From IMG/VR virus record IMGVR_UViG_2595698371_000001: a DNA stretch of 64,000 bases; one strand, given 5' to 3'. How positions within the stretch are numbered: position 1 is the stretch's first letter; every line of letters begins with the position of its first letter. This document shows positions 47,232 through 56,683 of the stretch, in pieces. Both the position numbers and the translations under genes were made by a program. This DNA comes from Bongovirus bongo (Duplodnaviria; Heunggongvirae; Uroviricota; Caudoviricetes; Vilmaviridae). The notes under the pieces are model-generated. The model worked only from the letters and a program-made list of their open reading frames with translations. It did no database searches and was not told where the DNA came from.

Positions 47232-47494
47232 GCGTCAGGCAGAGCGCTGTCCTCGACCACACCGCGACCGGTGAGGGTTGGGATCTCATCCACTCGATCC
47301 GGCATCGCGGCGGCAGTGTCACGAGCATCTACACACACAAGTATCGGGGCGCGGCGCACGTCCGGACCCGCGACGGCCAGGTGATCGGCTTCTCCTGGCT
47401 CAATGAGCACAACGAGAACCCCGCCACGATCATGGCGTCGAGCGACATGTTTGAGTCGGCGCTGGAGGTTCTGATGGGGGAGCGCACCAGGTGA
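47228..47494 (+). CDS. hypothetical protein
   Basis: ATGA overlap; 88 aa. Confidence 0.4.
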   Translation: MSVRQSAVLDHTATGEGWDLIHSIRHRGGSVTSIYTHKYRGAAHVRTRDGQVIGFSWLNEHNENPATIMASSDMFESALEVLMGERTR

Positions 47495-47640
47495 CCCTCA
47501 CGGTGAAGCTGCTGGGCTTTGAGGTGGTGACGTTGGAGCTTGACATCACTGAGATGTCCTCCGACGCACCGCGTCTCACGCCCGTCGACAAGAGCGTCAA
47601 GGGTCTGTCCAATTGGTGGGTACGGAGGATGAACAAGTGA
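47491..47640 (+). CDS. small hypothetical protein (49 aa)
   Basis: GTGA overlap. Confidence 0.3.
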   Translation: MTLTVKLLGFEVVTLELDITEMSSDAPRLTPVDKSVKGLSNWWVRRMNK

Positions 47641-48041
47641 CCGTCACGAACGTCATTGCGCCCGAGTTGAATCCGCGTCGTCTGACGATCATGGGTGACC
47701 GCCAGTCAGGCAAGACGCACCACCTGTTGGACATCGCGGTAGACAACGCGGAGCGTGGTAAGGCTGTGTTGTTTGACTGCGCAACAGTTCCGCTGATGGC
47801 CAACACCTATGACCGCTGCGTCCGTGAGCATGCTCGGTTCGGATGGCCCGAGAGCACGGTCGTGAAGTGTCTCGACGGTCTGCGCGAGATCTACTTCGAG
47901 TCGGGCGGCAAGATCGTCTTCAACGCCGGTACTGCCTACGTGAAGCGGTACACCGGCCTGGTGGATGTCCATCTGATCGATGACACCGATGTCGATGCCC
48001 GTGCCGGTGCGGAGCTGGTCATCCGCGCCGTGAAGCGCTGA
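47637..48041 (+). CDS. P-loop NTPase
   Basis: Walker A GDRQSGKT; GTGA overlap start; the stop codon is embedded in the TGACCTGCG motif. Confidence 0.5.
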   Translation: MTVTNVIAPELNPRRLTIMGDRQSGKTHHLLDIAVDNAERGKAVLFDCATVPLMANTYDRCVREHARFGWPESTVVKCLDGLREIYFESGGKIVFNAGTAYVKRYTGLVDVHLIDDTDVDARAGAELVIRAVKR

Positions 48042-48058
48042 CCTGCGATTACAGAACG
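48037..48058 (+). promoter_or_regulatory. composite AB motif GCTGACCTGCGATTACAGAACG
   Basis: overlaps the stop codon of the 47637 gene; 17 bp upstream of the ATG at 48075. Confidence 0.5.
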
Positions 48059-48074
48059 ATGGGAAGCTTCCGCC

Positions 48075-48770
48075 ATGAGCTACTACTGGTTCAATAGCAA
48101 CCCCGTGGAGCTGGGGCCCTGCGTCGACCTGACCACTGATCAGCGCAAGCTGATTGAGGCGACGCCGAACCTGCGCCGCGCCTCGCTTGGCAACGCCATC
48201 CTGTATGGCGGGCCGCTGCTGCGGATCCTGTTGGCCCAGGCCCCGATCACCGGCACACACAAGAACGTGTTCGTGGACACGAAGGTGTCGATGCTGATGC
48301 CAGGCTGGTGGCCCGCGATCCCCGGCTGGCATACCGATGGGGTGCCCCGATACCGGGAGGTGGCCGGTGGCCGTGTGCTGGATCTGGCCGGGAAGCCCTC
48401 GCTGCCGATGCAGGTGACGAGTCATCATGATGGCTACCGGCCGATCTACCACACGATCCATGTCGGCAATGACTGCGCCACCGAGTTCCTCGACGGCCTG
48501 CTGCGGATGCCCATCGATCACGATGAGGACGAGCAGATGTACGCCGAGATGACCCGCAAGGTCAACGAGTGCTCGACCCTGAGGAAGCTGAGGGCCCAAG
48601 AGGGCCAGTGGCATTCGTGGGACTGGTGGAACATTCACCAGGCAACTCAGGCTACGGAGCGTGGGTGGCGGTTGCTGATCCGTGTCACCGAGTCCGATCA
48701 GGCTCCAGATCCTCACGATTTCGTTCGTCCTCAGAATCAGGTGTACGTGCCGAAGGAGTTCGGTTGGTGA
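48075..48770 (+). CDS. hypothetical protein
   Basis: 231-aa ORF; 17 bp downstream of the composite motif. Confidence 0.5.
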   Translation: MSYYWFNSNPVELGPCVDLTTDQRKLIEATPNLRRASLGNAILYGGPLLRILLAQAPITGTHKNVFVDTKVSMLMPGWWPAIPGWHTDGVPRYREVAGGRVLDLAGKPSLPMQVTSHHDGYRPIYHTIHVGNDCATEFLDGLLRMPIDHDEDEQMYAEMTRKVNECSTLRKLRAQEGQWHSWDWWNIHQATQATERGWRLLIRVTESDQAPDPHDFVRPQNQVYVPKEFGW

Positions 48771-49015
48771 CGATCACCGAGACGCAGTCCAGCGTTAATC
48801 CGCTCAAGGATCGCATCGACGCCGAATTTGGCGGTGCCACAACGTATGACACGGACGACCTGTACGGGCGGCATAGCATGCGGGTGTACGGGGAGTACGC
48901 GGCTGGCGAGCGGGAACTGGTGGTGTACGCCCCCGGCGAGGTTCCCAGCGTGGGGGCCCATAAGAGGGTTCGGTTTCAACGCATGAACAAGCACGGAAGT
49001 GAGGGCCTCTGGTGA
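48767..49015 (+). CDS. hypothetical protein
   Basis: GTGA overlap; 82 aa. Confidence 0.4.
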   Translation: MTITETQSSVNPLKDRIDAEFGGATTYDTDDLYGRHSMRVYGEYAAGERELVVYAPGEVPSVGAHKRVRFQRMNKHGSEGLW

Positions 49016-49242
49016 GCGGTTTACTGTTTCCGCTGGGGATCTTCATCGGCGCGCTATCCGGCAGCCTGTCAACGTCATTCCTCACAGCTCGCCGCAACCG
49101 GAACCGCGCCCCCCGGCATGAGCACGTGTGGGGTGAGTGGGAGGACTGTCGGATCACGCCCCACAATTCTCAGCCGGAATCGGGGCAGCGCCGCAGGTGC
49201 GTTACCTGCAACTACAAGGAAGTTCGGAAGGTGTTCTCTTGA
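49012..49242 (+). CDS. small membrane/Cys protein
   Basis: GTGA overlap; N-terminal TM helix; C..C pairs. Confidence 0.4.
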   Translation: MSGLLFPLGIFIGALSGSLSTSFLTARRNRNRAPRHEHVWGEWEDCRITPHNSQPESGQRRRCVTCNYKEVRKVFS

Positions 49243-49736
49243 GCCGTCGAGTGCTCATCACAGGCAGCCGCGACTGGGCTGACCGTCAAGCCGTGTGGCT
49301 GGCGCTGAATCACGAGATGGGCCACGAGGAGGCTCGCCATGATGGCCTGCTGGTCATCCATGGCGACTGCCCCACCGGTGCTGACCGGTTCGCTCACGAG
49401 TGGTACCTAATGCAGGCGTCGAAGTGGGTGCGGGAGAAGGCGATGCCCGCCGACTGGAACCGCGACTGCACCGGCCAGTGCCACCACAAGCCACGGTTCA
49501 AGAATGGCAAGCAGTATTGTCCAGTTGCAGGACACCTGCGGAACCAGGCGATGGTCGACTTCGGAGCTGACGTGTGTCTGGCGTTCCCCCTTGAGGATTC
49601 GCGCGGCACACAGGATTGCATGAAGCGGGCCAAGCGAGCCCAGATCCCCGTCCGCAACCTGGGATGGGGTGGGGAGCGTTGCCTGCCCAACATCGGTTAC
49701 CACAGCGAGCCTCACAGGGGGTGCATTCTCAGGTGA
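49239..49736 (+). CDS. SLOG/DUF2493-like Rossmann-fold protein (LOG/DprA-related nucleotide-binding domain), putative
   Basis: VLITGSRDW and HGDCPTGADR motifs characteristic of DUF2493/SLOG. Confidence 0.4.
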   Translation: MSRRVLITGSRDWADRQAVWLALNHEMGHEEARHDGLLVIHGDCPTGADRFAHEWYLMQASKWVREKAMPADWNRDCTGQCHHKPRFKNGKQYCPVAGHLRNQAMVDFGADVCLAFPLEDSRGTQDCMKRAKRAQIPVRNLGWGGERCLPNIGYHSEPHRGCILR

Positions 49737-49915
49737 GAGTCCGACTGGAAGTTGAGACCGACTCGGGCCGCATCATTGGCGCATCCGTCCCCGTTGCGTC
49801 ATTCCTGCCGAGCTACCGGGATCCCAGCGTCCATGAGCTGGAGATGCAGCGAAACATCCTGCGGGGGGCTATGAGGCAGATCCAGGCCGACATTGAAAGG
49901 GAGCTATACGGGTGA
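49733..49915 (+). CDS. small hypothetical protein
   Basis: GTGA overlap; 60 aa. Confidence 0.35.
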   Translation: MRVRLEVETDSGRIIGASVPVASFLPSYRDPSVHELEMQRNILRGAMRQIQADIERELYG

Positions 49916-50571
49916 GCACCGTGTTCTTCACGTCCGATCTGCACATCGGACACAAGAAGGTCATCGCCTCACGCACCTTGGTCGACGGCAAGCCCGCGTT
50001 CCCTGACCTGGACAATCTGCCAGAGTGGTTCGGGGACTACGAGATTGAGTCCTTCAACCGAATCCTCGCGGACAAGTGGGACACCACGGTCGGCAAGGAT
50101 GACGTGGTGTGGGTGCTGGGCGACATCTCATCCGGCACCAAAAGCGGCCAGGAGATGGCGCTGGAGTGGTTGTCGCGCCGCCCCGGCCGCAAGCGCCTCA
50201 TCAAGGGCAACCACGACGGTGTCCATCCTATGCATCGCGATAAGGGTAAGTGGGCCAAGGCGTATGGCGAAGTGTTCGAGGACATGGACACCGCCGCCCG
50301 CATCCGCGTCGCGCTGAGTGGGGGTGGGCATGTGGATGCCCTGCTGTCGCACTTCCCGTACATGGGGGATCACACGAGCGTGGACCGGCACACGCAGTGG
50401 CGTCTGCCGAACAACGGCACGATCCTGCTGCACGGGCACACGCACAGCAGTCGCAGGATGTCGAGTTGCGGTGGCTCCCTGCAGGTTCACGTCGGGGTGG
50501 ATGCATGGAACGGCTACCCGGTGTCGATGGATGAGATCCGTTCCTATGTTGAGATCTGGGAGGATGTATGA
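49912..50571 (+). CDS. calcineurin-like metallophosphoesterase
   Basis: motifs DLHIGH, GDISSG, GNHD, ...HGHTH (MPE motifs I-VI). Confidence 0.65.
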   Translation: MSTVFFTSDLHIGHKKVIASRTLVDGKPAFPDLDNLPEWFGDYEIESFNRILADKWDTTVGKDDVVWVLGDISSGTKSGQEMALEWLSRRPGRKRLIKGNHDGVHPMHRDKGKWAKAYGEVFEDMDTAARIRVALSGGGHVDALLSHFPYMGDHTSVDRHTQWRLPNNGTILLHGHTHSSRRMSSCGGSLQVHVGVDAWNGYPVSMDEIRSYVEIWEDV

Positions 50572-50801
50572 CCGAGTTCTTCACTGTGATTGCCGTGGTG
50601 AACGGCAGGGCCACATCGGACACTGACGCGTCCACGAACTCCCACCGGAGTGTTCGGTCCTACAAGACCGAGAAGATCGCTCAGAAGGCCATTCGGACGG
50701 CAGTACAGGAGCCTGGTGTGACGTACCGGATCCTGCACACCGTGATCGAGGACGGCTGGGAGCCGGTGTCGACCTGGACCGACTTCGTCTGGCGCGCGTG
50801 A
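50568..50801 (+). CDS. hypothetical protein
   Basis: ATGA overlap; 77 aa. Confidence 0.4.
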   Translation: MTEFFTVIAVVNGRATSDTDASTNSHRSVRSYKTEKIAQKAIRTAVQEPGVTYRILHTVIEDGWEPVSTWTDFVWRA

Positions 50802-51052
50802 CCGACCGTACGCGCCTGGAGCAGCGACTGGCGTGGGCCCTGCACGGCATCCGGCAGTCGTGGGGCTACGGGGACTCTGCGCGGCAGGTGCTTGACCAGC
50901 TGGCCGACGCGTTCCCCGGCGAGGTCGAAGCGGCGGCAAGGATCTCCCACCTCGAGGGTGAGCTGAGATCCATGGAGTTTCAACGAGATACAGCGAGGGC
51001 CCAACTGCGGGCCCACATCGCAAGAGCAGAGCGAAAGGCAGAGCGACAGTGA
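50798..51052 (+). CDS. hypothetical protein
   Basis: GTGA overlap; 84 aa. Confidence 0.4.
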   Translation: MTDRTRLEQRLAWALHGIRQSWGYGDSARQVLDQLADAFPGEVEAAARISHLEGELRSMEFQRDTARAQLRAHIARAERKAERQ

Positions 51053-51387
51053 GCGATACACCACCAGCCCCAGTGTCGGCCAGCGGCCGATGGGTCAAGA
51101 TCGGCAGCGCCTCAGTGGATTCCGGCACCCTGGCCGTGATCGACCCGTGCTACGTGATCGGCAAGGGTGAAGAGATCTACGGCTGGAACGACTACGACTC
51201 CCTGCATGAGCCGTACTGCGACAATCTCGGCGTCCAGTTCTCGTCCGGTTTCGGCGACGGCGCATACGAGGTGTGGGCCTGGATCGTGGACATGGGTGAC
51301 GGCTTCATGGGCGGCGAGCGTGTGGCTGAGGTGCGTGTCTGTCTCATCAGCGCGTGTGAGGACGGGGACGACGATGGCGATCACTGA
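51049..51387 (+). CDS. hypothetical protein
   Basis: GTGA overlap; 112 aa; acidic tail. Confidence 0.4.
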   Translation: MSDTPPAPVSASGRWVKIGSASVDSGTLAVIDPCYVIGKGEEIYGWNDYDSLHEPYCDNLGVQFSSGFGDGAYEVWAWIVDMGDGFMGGERVAEVRVCLISACEDGDDDGDH

Positions 51388-51474
51388 GGCCCCGTTCGTC
51401 GGCGAGGTCGTGGTCCAGGACGAGATGGGGTTCGTGCATTACTGCTGGCCGAACCTGAAGATGGAGGAGATCTG

Positions 51475-51681
51475 ATGGCCAGTCTCGGTCTGACAGAAGA
51501 AGAGTGGGCTGCCATACGTCGCGAGAACGCTGACAGCCCACCCTTGACTGACGCTCAGGTCAACCGGATCTCAGTCATCGCTGGGCTTATGCCAGTAGAT
51601 GTCGATGTTGTGGCCAAGCGGCAGCTTGGCGGCAGCACGGCCGGTGATCTCGACATGCCGTATCACGATCTTGTCGCATAG
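51475..51681 (+). CDS. possible small protein; doubtful because it overlaps the integrase 3' end convergently
   Basis: 68-aa ORF; 110-nt antisense overlap with the integrase C-terminus. Confidence 0.25.
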   Translation: MASLGLTEEEWAAIRRENADSPPLTDAQVNRISVIAGLMPVDVDVVAKRQLGGSTAGDLDMPYHDLVA

Positions 51682-53041
51682 CTGCTCGATGATGGCCCGC
51701 TTGCGGTCCAGCGGCAGCCCCACCCAGACGGCCTCCAGGTCGTCGTGACCCAGCAGCCCGTCATACACCCGAGACTTGGTGAGGCGGGCTAGCTGGCGTT
51801 CAATCTCCTCCAGCTTCGCGTCGACCTTGTCGCTGGCCTCCTTCACCTGTGCGGGTGTCAGGGTGCCATCGACCAGGGCGTCGGTGAACGAAGCCTTGCG
51901 GGCCCGCAGCGTCTCGGCCTCTGTGTGCAGGGCCTTGGCTTGGTCCGCGTCGGACTTGGTGCCGACAACCCACTTGCGCTCTTCGAGCTTGGCCACGATC
52001 CGCGCCTCGACGTACTTGTCGACCTTCTTGCGTACTCGCGTAACACCGTGGTTGCAGACCTCGTAGCGCTTGCACTTGTAGATCGGCTCGCCGTTGCTGT
52101 TCTTGCTGGCCGACATCCGGTTGCCGCAGTGTCCGCACCGCACGATGCCCGATAGCAGCGTTGTGCGCACCCTGGGGCCCTTTGGGCCGGTGTTCTTGCC
52201 GTCGAGGACCGCTGTGGCCATCGCCCACGTCTCAACGGCCACGATGGGCTCCCAGTCGCCCTCACCGATGATCTCGCCCCTGAAGCGGTACAGGCCCGCA
52301 TAGCGGGGGTTCCTGAGGATGCGGCCGACGACGGTGGCGACGAACGCGTTGCCACGTGGCGTCTTCAGTCCACGGTCGTTCCACTTCTTCGCAATCGAGT
52401 ACAACGTGCATCCGGCGAGCACATCGTCGTAACCCTCGCGGATGGCGGCGGCTTCTTCCGGCACGATCTCACGCACACGGGCCTTGGGGTCATTGGTGTA
52501 GCCGAACGCTGGGGCCCCCAGTGACCGGCCGCTCTCTGCGATCTGCTCGTATGCACGCATCTGCCTGGCTGTCCTGACCTCGCCCTCGTTCTCCGCTACG
52601 GCTGCCAGGATCTTAGCCGTCATGCGGCCTGCGTCGGTGGTGAGATCGATGAGCCCTGTCTGGCACGTCTCGATGGGGATCCGCTTGCCGTTCTTGTTGA
52701 CGCCCTGGATCAGGTCGATGAGCGGCAGCAGGGACTTCATCTTGCGGTAGAGCCGGTCGGAGCGCCACGTGATGATGGCGTCGATGCGGCCGTCGCGGAT
52801 GTCCTCGCACATCTGCTCGTACGCTTCGCGGCGCACGTTCTCTTTGACGGCGCTGCGGTCGTTGTCGACGTAGAGCACGGGATCCCAGCCGAGGCGCTCG
52901 CACAGGGCGACGCAGTCCTCGCGTTGGCGGTCGATGCCCAGCTCTTTGTCGGTGGACATGCGGAGGTAGACCGCAGCCCTCAGCCGGGGCGGCGCGACGA
53001 CCTGTGGTGGGGTCTCAAGGGTTGCTGTCATGGGTGCCATC
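51571..53041 (-). CDS. int: large serine recombinase (serine integrase)
   Basis: N-terminal resolvase catalytic domain (AAVYLRMSTD...R..Q); recombinase domain; zinc ribbon (CGHCG...C..C); coiled-coil region; start ATG 53041 or 53032. Confidence 0.85.
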
Positions 53042-53076
53042 TTACTGCATTGATGCAGGTAGATAAAGGGCACCCA
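53033..53076. promoter_or_regulatory. candidate attP core or integrase operator: imperfect inverted repeat around a non-palindromic central TG
   Basis: GGGTGCCATCTTACTGCAT-TG-ATGCAGGTAGATAAAGGGCACCC; arms CTGCAT/ATGCAG are exact and GGGTGCC/GGGCACCC match at the outer ends; overlaps the int start codon. Confidence 0.35.
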
Positions 53077-53111
53077 AACATGTTAGGTAGGAAAACTATG
53101 TAATTTGAGAC

Positions 53112-53142
53112 AAAAAAGGGGTGGCCGGATGCACCCCCTCGA
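53112..53142 (-). terminator. rho-independent terminator (leftward) ending the small-gene operon before int
   Basis: on the minus strand, GGGGTGCATCCGGCCACCCC followed by TTTTTT. Confidence 0.5.
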
Positions 53143-53165
53143 GTGCACCCGGCCTGGTCCCTCTT

Positions 53166-53417
53166 CTAGCCGCCGAGAGCGACGACACGGCGAGCGTCAG
53201 ACAGGTGGAATCCACCGCACCGGCACTCGTACACCCCCTGGGGGATGCGGTTCTTCTTGGTGTGTTTGTTGCGGGTCAGGATGTCGGTCACCACGCGGTG
53301 CGCCTCAGCAGCGGTGGTGTATCGGTCCTTCCACGGGTTCGGGCAGGCCCTGCGGTGCACCCGGTAGACGTGGGCGGGCATGGGGATATTGGGGGCCTTG
53401 AGCAGTGCGAGCGCCAT
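53166..53417 (-). CDS. hypothetical protein with a C-terminal CxC zinc knuckle
   Basis: 83-aa ORF. Confidence 0.45.
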   Translation of the reverse strand: MALALLKAPNIPMPAHVYRVHRRACPNPWKDRYTTAAEAHRVVTDILTRNKHTKKNRIPQGVYECRCGGFHLSDARRVVALGG

Positions 53418-53941
53418 CAGGCTGCCACCTCGCCCTTGATGGCCTTCACCTGCGCCTTGGGCTTTGCCGGGGCCCGCTTGCGTGCGGGGCGTACAGCTGC
53501 CGCTGCCTCACGGCGTGCACGCTTGCCGATGGTCAACGCCAGCAGCGCAATCGTGGAGAACGCGACGGACAGGTCCACCACGAGGGGCCACAGCCAGGCC
53601 ACCCAGGCGTTCATGCCGCCCTGCTGCACCGCCAGCTCGAACAGTGCGACGAACGAAAGCACCAGGGCAACAACGGCAATCGCTGCGGTGAGGCCGAGCG
53701 CCACCCTGAAGAACATGCCCTCGATCTGGGTGCGAACCATCAGGCTGAGCCCGTGTGTGGCCAGGGCCAGGACGACGGGCGGCACCAGCGCCATGCAGGC
53801 TGCGACCCACGCGTTGTTGTTGTGGCTGTTGAACAGTGCGTGAGTCACGTTGCCGACGATGGAGACGACGCTGGATCCGATGAGCCAGCGCCAGTAGAAC
53901 GTGACTGCCTCTTTCTTGTATGCCGCGAGTGTGGTTGTCAA
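53417..53941 (-). CDS. multi-pass membrane protein
   Basis: 174 aa; 4 hydrophobic helices; basic C-terminal tail; TTG start after ACAGAAGGGAAA. Confidence 0.5.
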   Translation of the reverse strand: MTTTLAAYKKEAVTFYWRWLIGSSVVSIVGNVTHALFNSHNNNAWVAACMALVPPVVLALATHGLSLMVRTQIEGMFFRVALGLTAAIAVVALVLSFVALFELAVQQGGMNAWVAWLWPLVVDLSVAFSTIALLALTIGKRARREAAAAVRPARKRAPAKPKAQVKAIKGEVAA

Positions 53942-53972
53942 TTCTTGTGTTTCCCTTCTGTCGTGTCGTGTT

Positions 53973-54203
53973 TCAGATGGTCAGGAACTTCTCGACGTTC
54001 GGGGTGGCGTAAGCCCACGCAGTCGCGCTGGCCATGTCGCCAGCAAGCATCGAGCTGATTGACTTGGCGAGCCCGTCGAGCGTCTTCTCCAGGTTGTGGA
54101 TGTGATCGATGGCCTCGATGTGTGACGAAACCAGTTGCTGCTCAATGACTGTCAGCAGCGGAGCGTGGTCCTGGATGGTGAGCAGTTCCCGTTTGGTGAT
54201 CAC
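53973..54203 (-). CDS. hypothetical protein
   Basis: GTGA overlap; 76 aa. Confidence 0.45.
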   Translation of the reverse strand: MITKRELLTIQDHAPLLTVIEQQLVSSHIEAIDHIHNLEKTLDGLAKSISSMLAGDMASATAWAYATPNVEKFLTI

Positions 54204-54308
54204 AGGTTGATTCCCTTCTTGGAGGGCCGGAAGGCCACGTAGAAGATGTAGACCAGGTAGATGCCCAGGATGGCCAGCGCCAGGAACTGGCCGAGTGTGA
54301 GCTGCATG
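54204..54308 (-). CDS. tiny membrane protein (34 aa)
   Basis: ATG after GAGAAGGGAACAC; hydrophobic; below the ORF-track cutoff. Confidence 0.3.
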
Positions 54309-54344
54309 TGTTCCCTTCTCGTGTATGTGACGTGAATGTAGGCG

Positions 54345-54368
54345 TCTCCTGTAATCGCAGGTCAGCCC
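54345..54368 (-). promoter_or_regulatory. composite AB motif (minus strand: GGGCTGACCTGCGATTACAGGAGA)
   Basis: about 35 bp upstream of the leftward gene start at 54308; orientation follows transcription. Confidence 0.5.
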
Positions 54369-54436
54369 ATGCTTTTGGCCCAGAAAGCCAGAAAGCCCCC
54401 CGACCGAAGTCGAGGGGCTCTCCTACCTGCTGGGAA

Positions 54437-54961
54437 CTAGATGGGGTTCTTCAGGTAATCAATCCACTTGTCGCAGTTGCGGATCACCTTCTGCCTGTGC
54501 TGCACCTTGGTGCGCTTCGCGCAGTGACTGCACACCCGGTAGCCGCGTGCCTGCACCTCGTCAATGGTGAGGCCGGTGAGATGGGGGAGCGGGTCAATCG
54601 GCGTCCGCAGCGTGATCGTGCGGCAGAACGTGCTGGTATGCACCGCGCCTGATGGAACTTGCACGTGGCAGTCGAACTCTCCATGGCGCAGCCACGTGCG
54701 CCTGGCATTGCTGAGCATGTCGGCCAGGCGTTCCCCCCGTGGCCGCATGGCAGCTGCCATCTCGCATGCTCCCTGCCGCGTGAATCGTTCGAACTGTTTG
54801 CGGAACGACCGCATCTCATCGAAAAGTGCAGTTATTTCAGATACTACTTCTATCAACTCCTCTTTGCTCATCGCTTGTTGTACTCGTACATGTGGCAACC
54901 ACCCTCCCGTTGTGGCAATCGTTGATGCTTTCGCGAGTGGTAATTTTACTAGAGCCCTCAT
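54437..54961 (-). CDS. hypothetical protein with a C-terminal Cys motif
   Basis: 174 aa; GCGAAGGGAATC immediately before the ATG. Confidence 0.5.
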   Translation of the reverse strand: MRALVKLPLAKASTIATTGGWLPHVRVQQAMSKEELIEVVSEITALFDEMRSFRKQFERFTRQGACEMAAAMRPRGERLADMLSNARRTWLRHGEFDCHVQVPSGAVHTSTFCRTITLRTPIDPLPHLTGLTIDEVQARGYRVCSHCAKRTKVQHRQKVIRNCDKWIDYLKNPI

Positions 54962-55070
54962 GATTCCCTTCGCCTACCAGCGGGTTCGTGACGCCCGCCG
55001 TGACCGATAAACGTTGCTGAACACAGCAGAAGGGCACCGGATCGGCTGACCCGGTGCCCTTCCTCCCTAC

Positions 55071-55274
55071 TCAGTGAACGTCGACGCTCTGGTCGTGGTA
55101 GCCCATGCGGTGCAACAGTTCATCGAGTGCGCCCGCCAGATTGTTACGGGCGAACGACTCGAAGTCGGCGCGGATCTTGTCCGGCCCGCCGTCGATGCCG
55201 TAGTCGATGGCCCACGCGTCGAGGTCCATGTCCTTGACGGTGACGGTGAATGTGAAGTCGCCGCGCCCGGTCAT
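55071..55274 (-). CDS. hypothetical protein
   Basis: ATGA overlap; 67 aa. Confidence 0.4.
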   Translation of the reverse strand: MTGRGDFTFTVTVKDMDLDAWAIDYGIDGGPDKIRADFESFARNNLAGALDELLHRMGYHDQSVDVH

Positions 55275-55510
55275 CGCTGCGCCCTCCCGGCCCGCATGGA
55301 GCTGGCGACGATGTCGAGCACGTCGTCCCGGCTGAGGCCGAGATCCTGGTTGAGTGCGTCGGCAGCCGCCTTGGCTCGCTCAGCGCTGCCGTACACGGTG
55401 CTGAGGGTGTTGTAGCCCGCCTCGTCCTCGGTGACCACAGCGACGACGTAGTCGCCCTTGGCGTGGTCGTAGAACGACTCGTTTGCGTAGTAGCAGATCC
55501 TGCTGCTCAT
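55271..55510 (-). CDS. hypothetical protein
   Basis: conserved leader CAGAAGGGAAATCA before the ATG; 79 aa. Confidence 0.45.
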   Translation of the reverse strand: MSSRICYYANESFYDHAKGDYVVAVVTEDEAGYNTLSTVYGSAERAKAAADALNQDLGLSRDDVLDIVASSMRAGRAQR

Positions 55511-55799
55511 TGATTTCCCTTCTGTCGTGGTTGTGTGATACTGGACAAGGAGACCAGCCCTGGATGCGCGAACACCCAGGACTGGCCCTCACGGGTTACC
55601 TCCGGTAGCGGCCGATCAGGTCAATGATCGCCCACACTGCCGGTGGTACCGCGAGGAGCAGGGCGATGGTTTGTAGCGCGTACATCGTCCTGCCCTCCTT
55701 CCTCCCCGCCCCACGGGCTCTCCGTGGTGGCGAAGCTTGGCTCTGAACAGAGCAGAGGGGCTACGGATCGTCCTCCAACCCGTAGCCCCTCCTCCCGGT

Positions 55800-56090
55800 T
55801 CACAGTGCCTTGTTGGCGTTCCAGATGTTGCACACCGCCTGTGCATAACTCGCACCGGCATCTGTGGCCGCGTCGACCTCGTCGCGCTGCGCCTCCGTCA
55901 TCTGTGAGTTGAGCGCTGCCCGCAGCAGCTCGTTCTCACGCTCCAGTTGACGCGTGCGGTCGTACTTCTCCTGGTCCCAGACCAGGTGCATGACCTCCAT
56001 CTCGTCAGGGTCGTGCGGGTCGAAGTCGACGCCAGGGATCCATCCCTCGTTGCGGGGGGCCTCGTTGTCGCCCAGGTACGGCATTGCCAT
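55800..56090 (-). CDS. hypothetical protein
   Basis: GAGAGAAGGGAACAACAGA before the ATG; 96 aa. Confidence 0.45.
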   Translation of the reverse strand: MAMPYLGDNEAPRNEGWIPGVDFDPHDPDEMEVMHLVWDQEKYDRTRQLERENELLRAALNSQMTEAQRDEVDAATDAGASYAQAVCNIWNANKAL

Positions 56091-56173
56091 TCTGTTGTTC
56101 CCTTCTCTCGTGTATCGCTCTGAATTGAGCAGGGGTGCAACGGATCCTGCGACCCGTTGTACCCCCTCCCGAT

Positions 56174-56365
56174 TCAGCGCATTCTACTCACACATTCCGG
56201 TGGGTAGCCCATGCGTTTGAACTCTGCCCGAGCGGCCTCGAGGACAACTGTCTTGATGTCGTCCCGTGCCGACCGGGGCCCTGCCAGGTTGTAGCTGTCT
56301 GCGTACTCCCACAGGTCGATGTCGACAGCCAGGTTGACCACCGTCCTGTCACTGGCGGGACTCAC
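56174..56365 (-). CDS. hypothetical protein (64 aa)
   Basis: GTG after GAGGAGGAGGG; the upstream part of ORF-track ORF 56174..56515 is in a non-coding Arg-rich frame. Confidence 0.35.
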   Translation of the reverse strand: MSPASDRTVVNLAVDIDLWEYADSYNLAGPRSARDDIKTVVLEAARAEFKRMGYPPECVSRMR

Positions 56366-56418
56366 CCCTCCTCCTCGGGGCGTACGTCGCACTTGGCGCA
56401 CTTCCGGTCGTATGCCAT

Positions 56419-56530
56419 CAGACGAACGCCCCCAACTCGTAGTCGAACGTGGTGCCGTACGAAGGGCAGTCCTCCGAATGGTCACCGTGGTACCCGCACT
56501 GATTGCAGGTGTCATCCGTATACCTAGCCA
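56419..56530 (-). CDS. tiny Cys-rich protein (37 aa)
   Basis: CxxC...C; TGATG coupling to the downstream mini-ORF. Confidence 0.3.
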
Positions 56531-56683
56531 TGTCTCTTCCCTTCTCGTGTTGTGGCGGTGCTGAGCACACCAAAGGGGGCACCAGCCGAAGCTGATGCCC
56601 CCGAGTCGCGCTCAGAACTTAGAGCTGTTTGAACAAGAGGATGGTGGTCGCCAGCACTGCTGCGACCGACCAATACACTGCCG

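Noticed and set aside
56135-56527. 130-aa + ORF and the N-terminal 50 codons of the 56174..56515 minus ORF
   Set aside because: Arg/Thr/Pro-rich off-frame translations. The region is better explained by three short leftward genes (56174..56365, a mini-ORF and 56419..56530) linked by start/stop overlaps.
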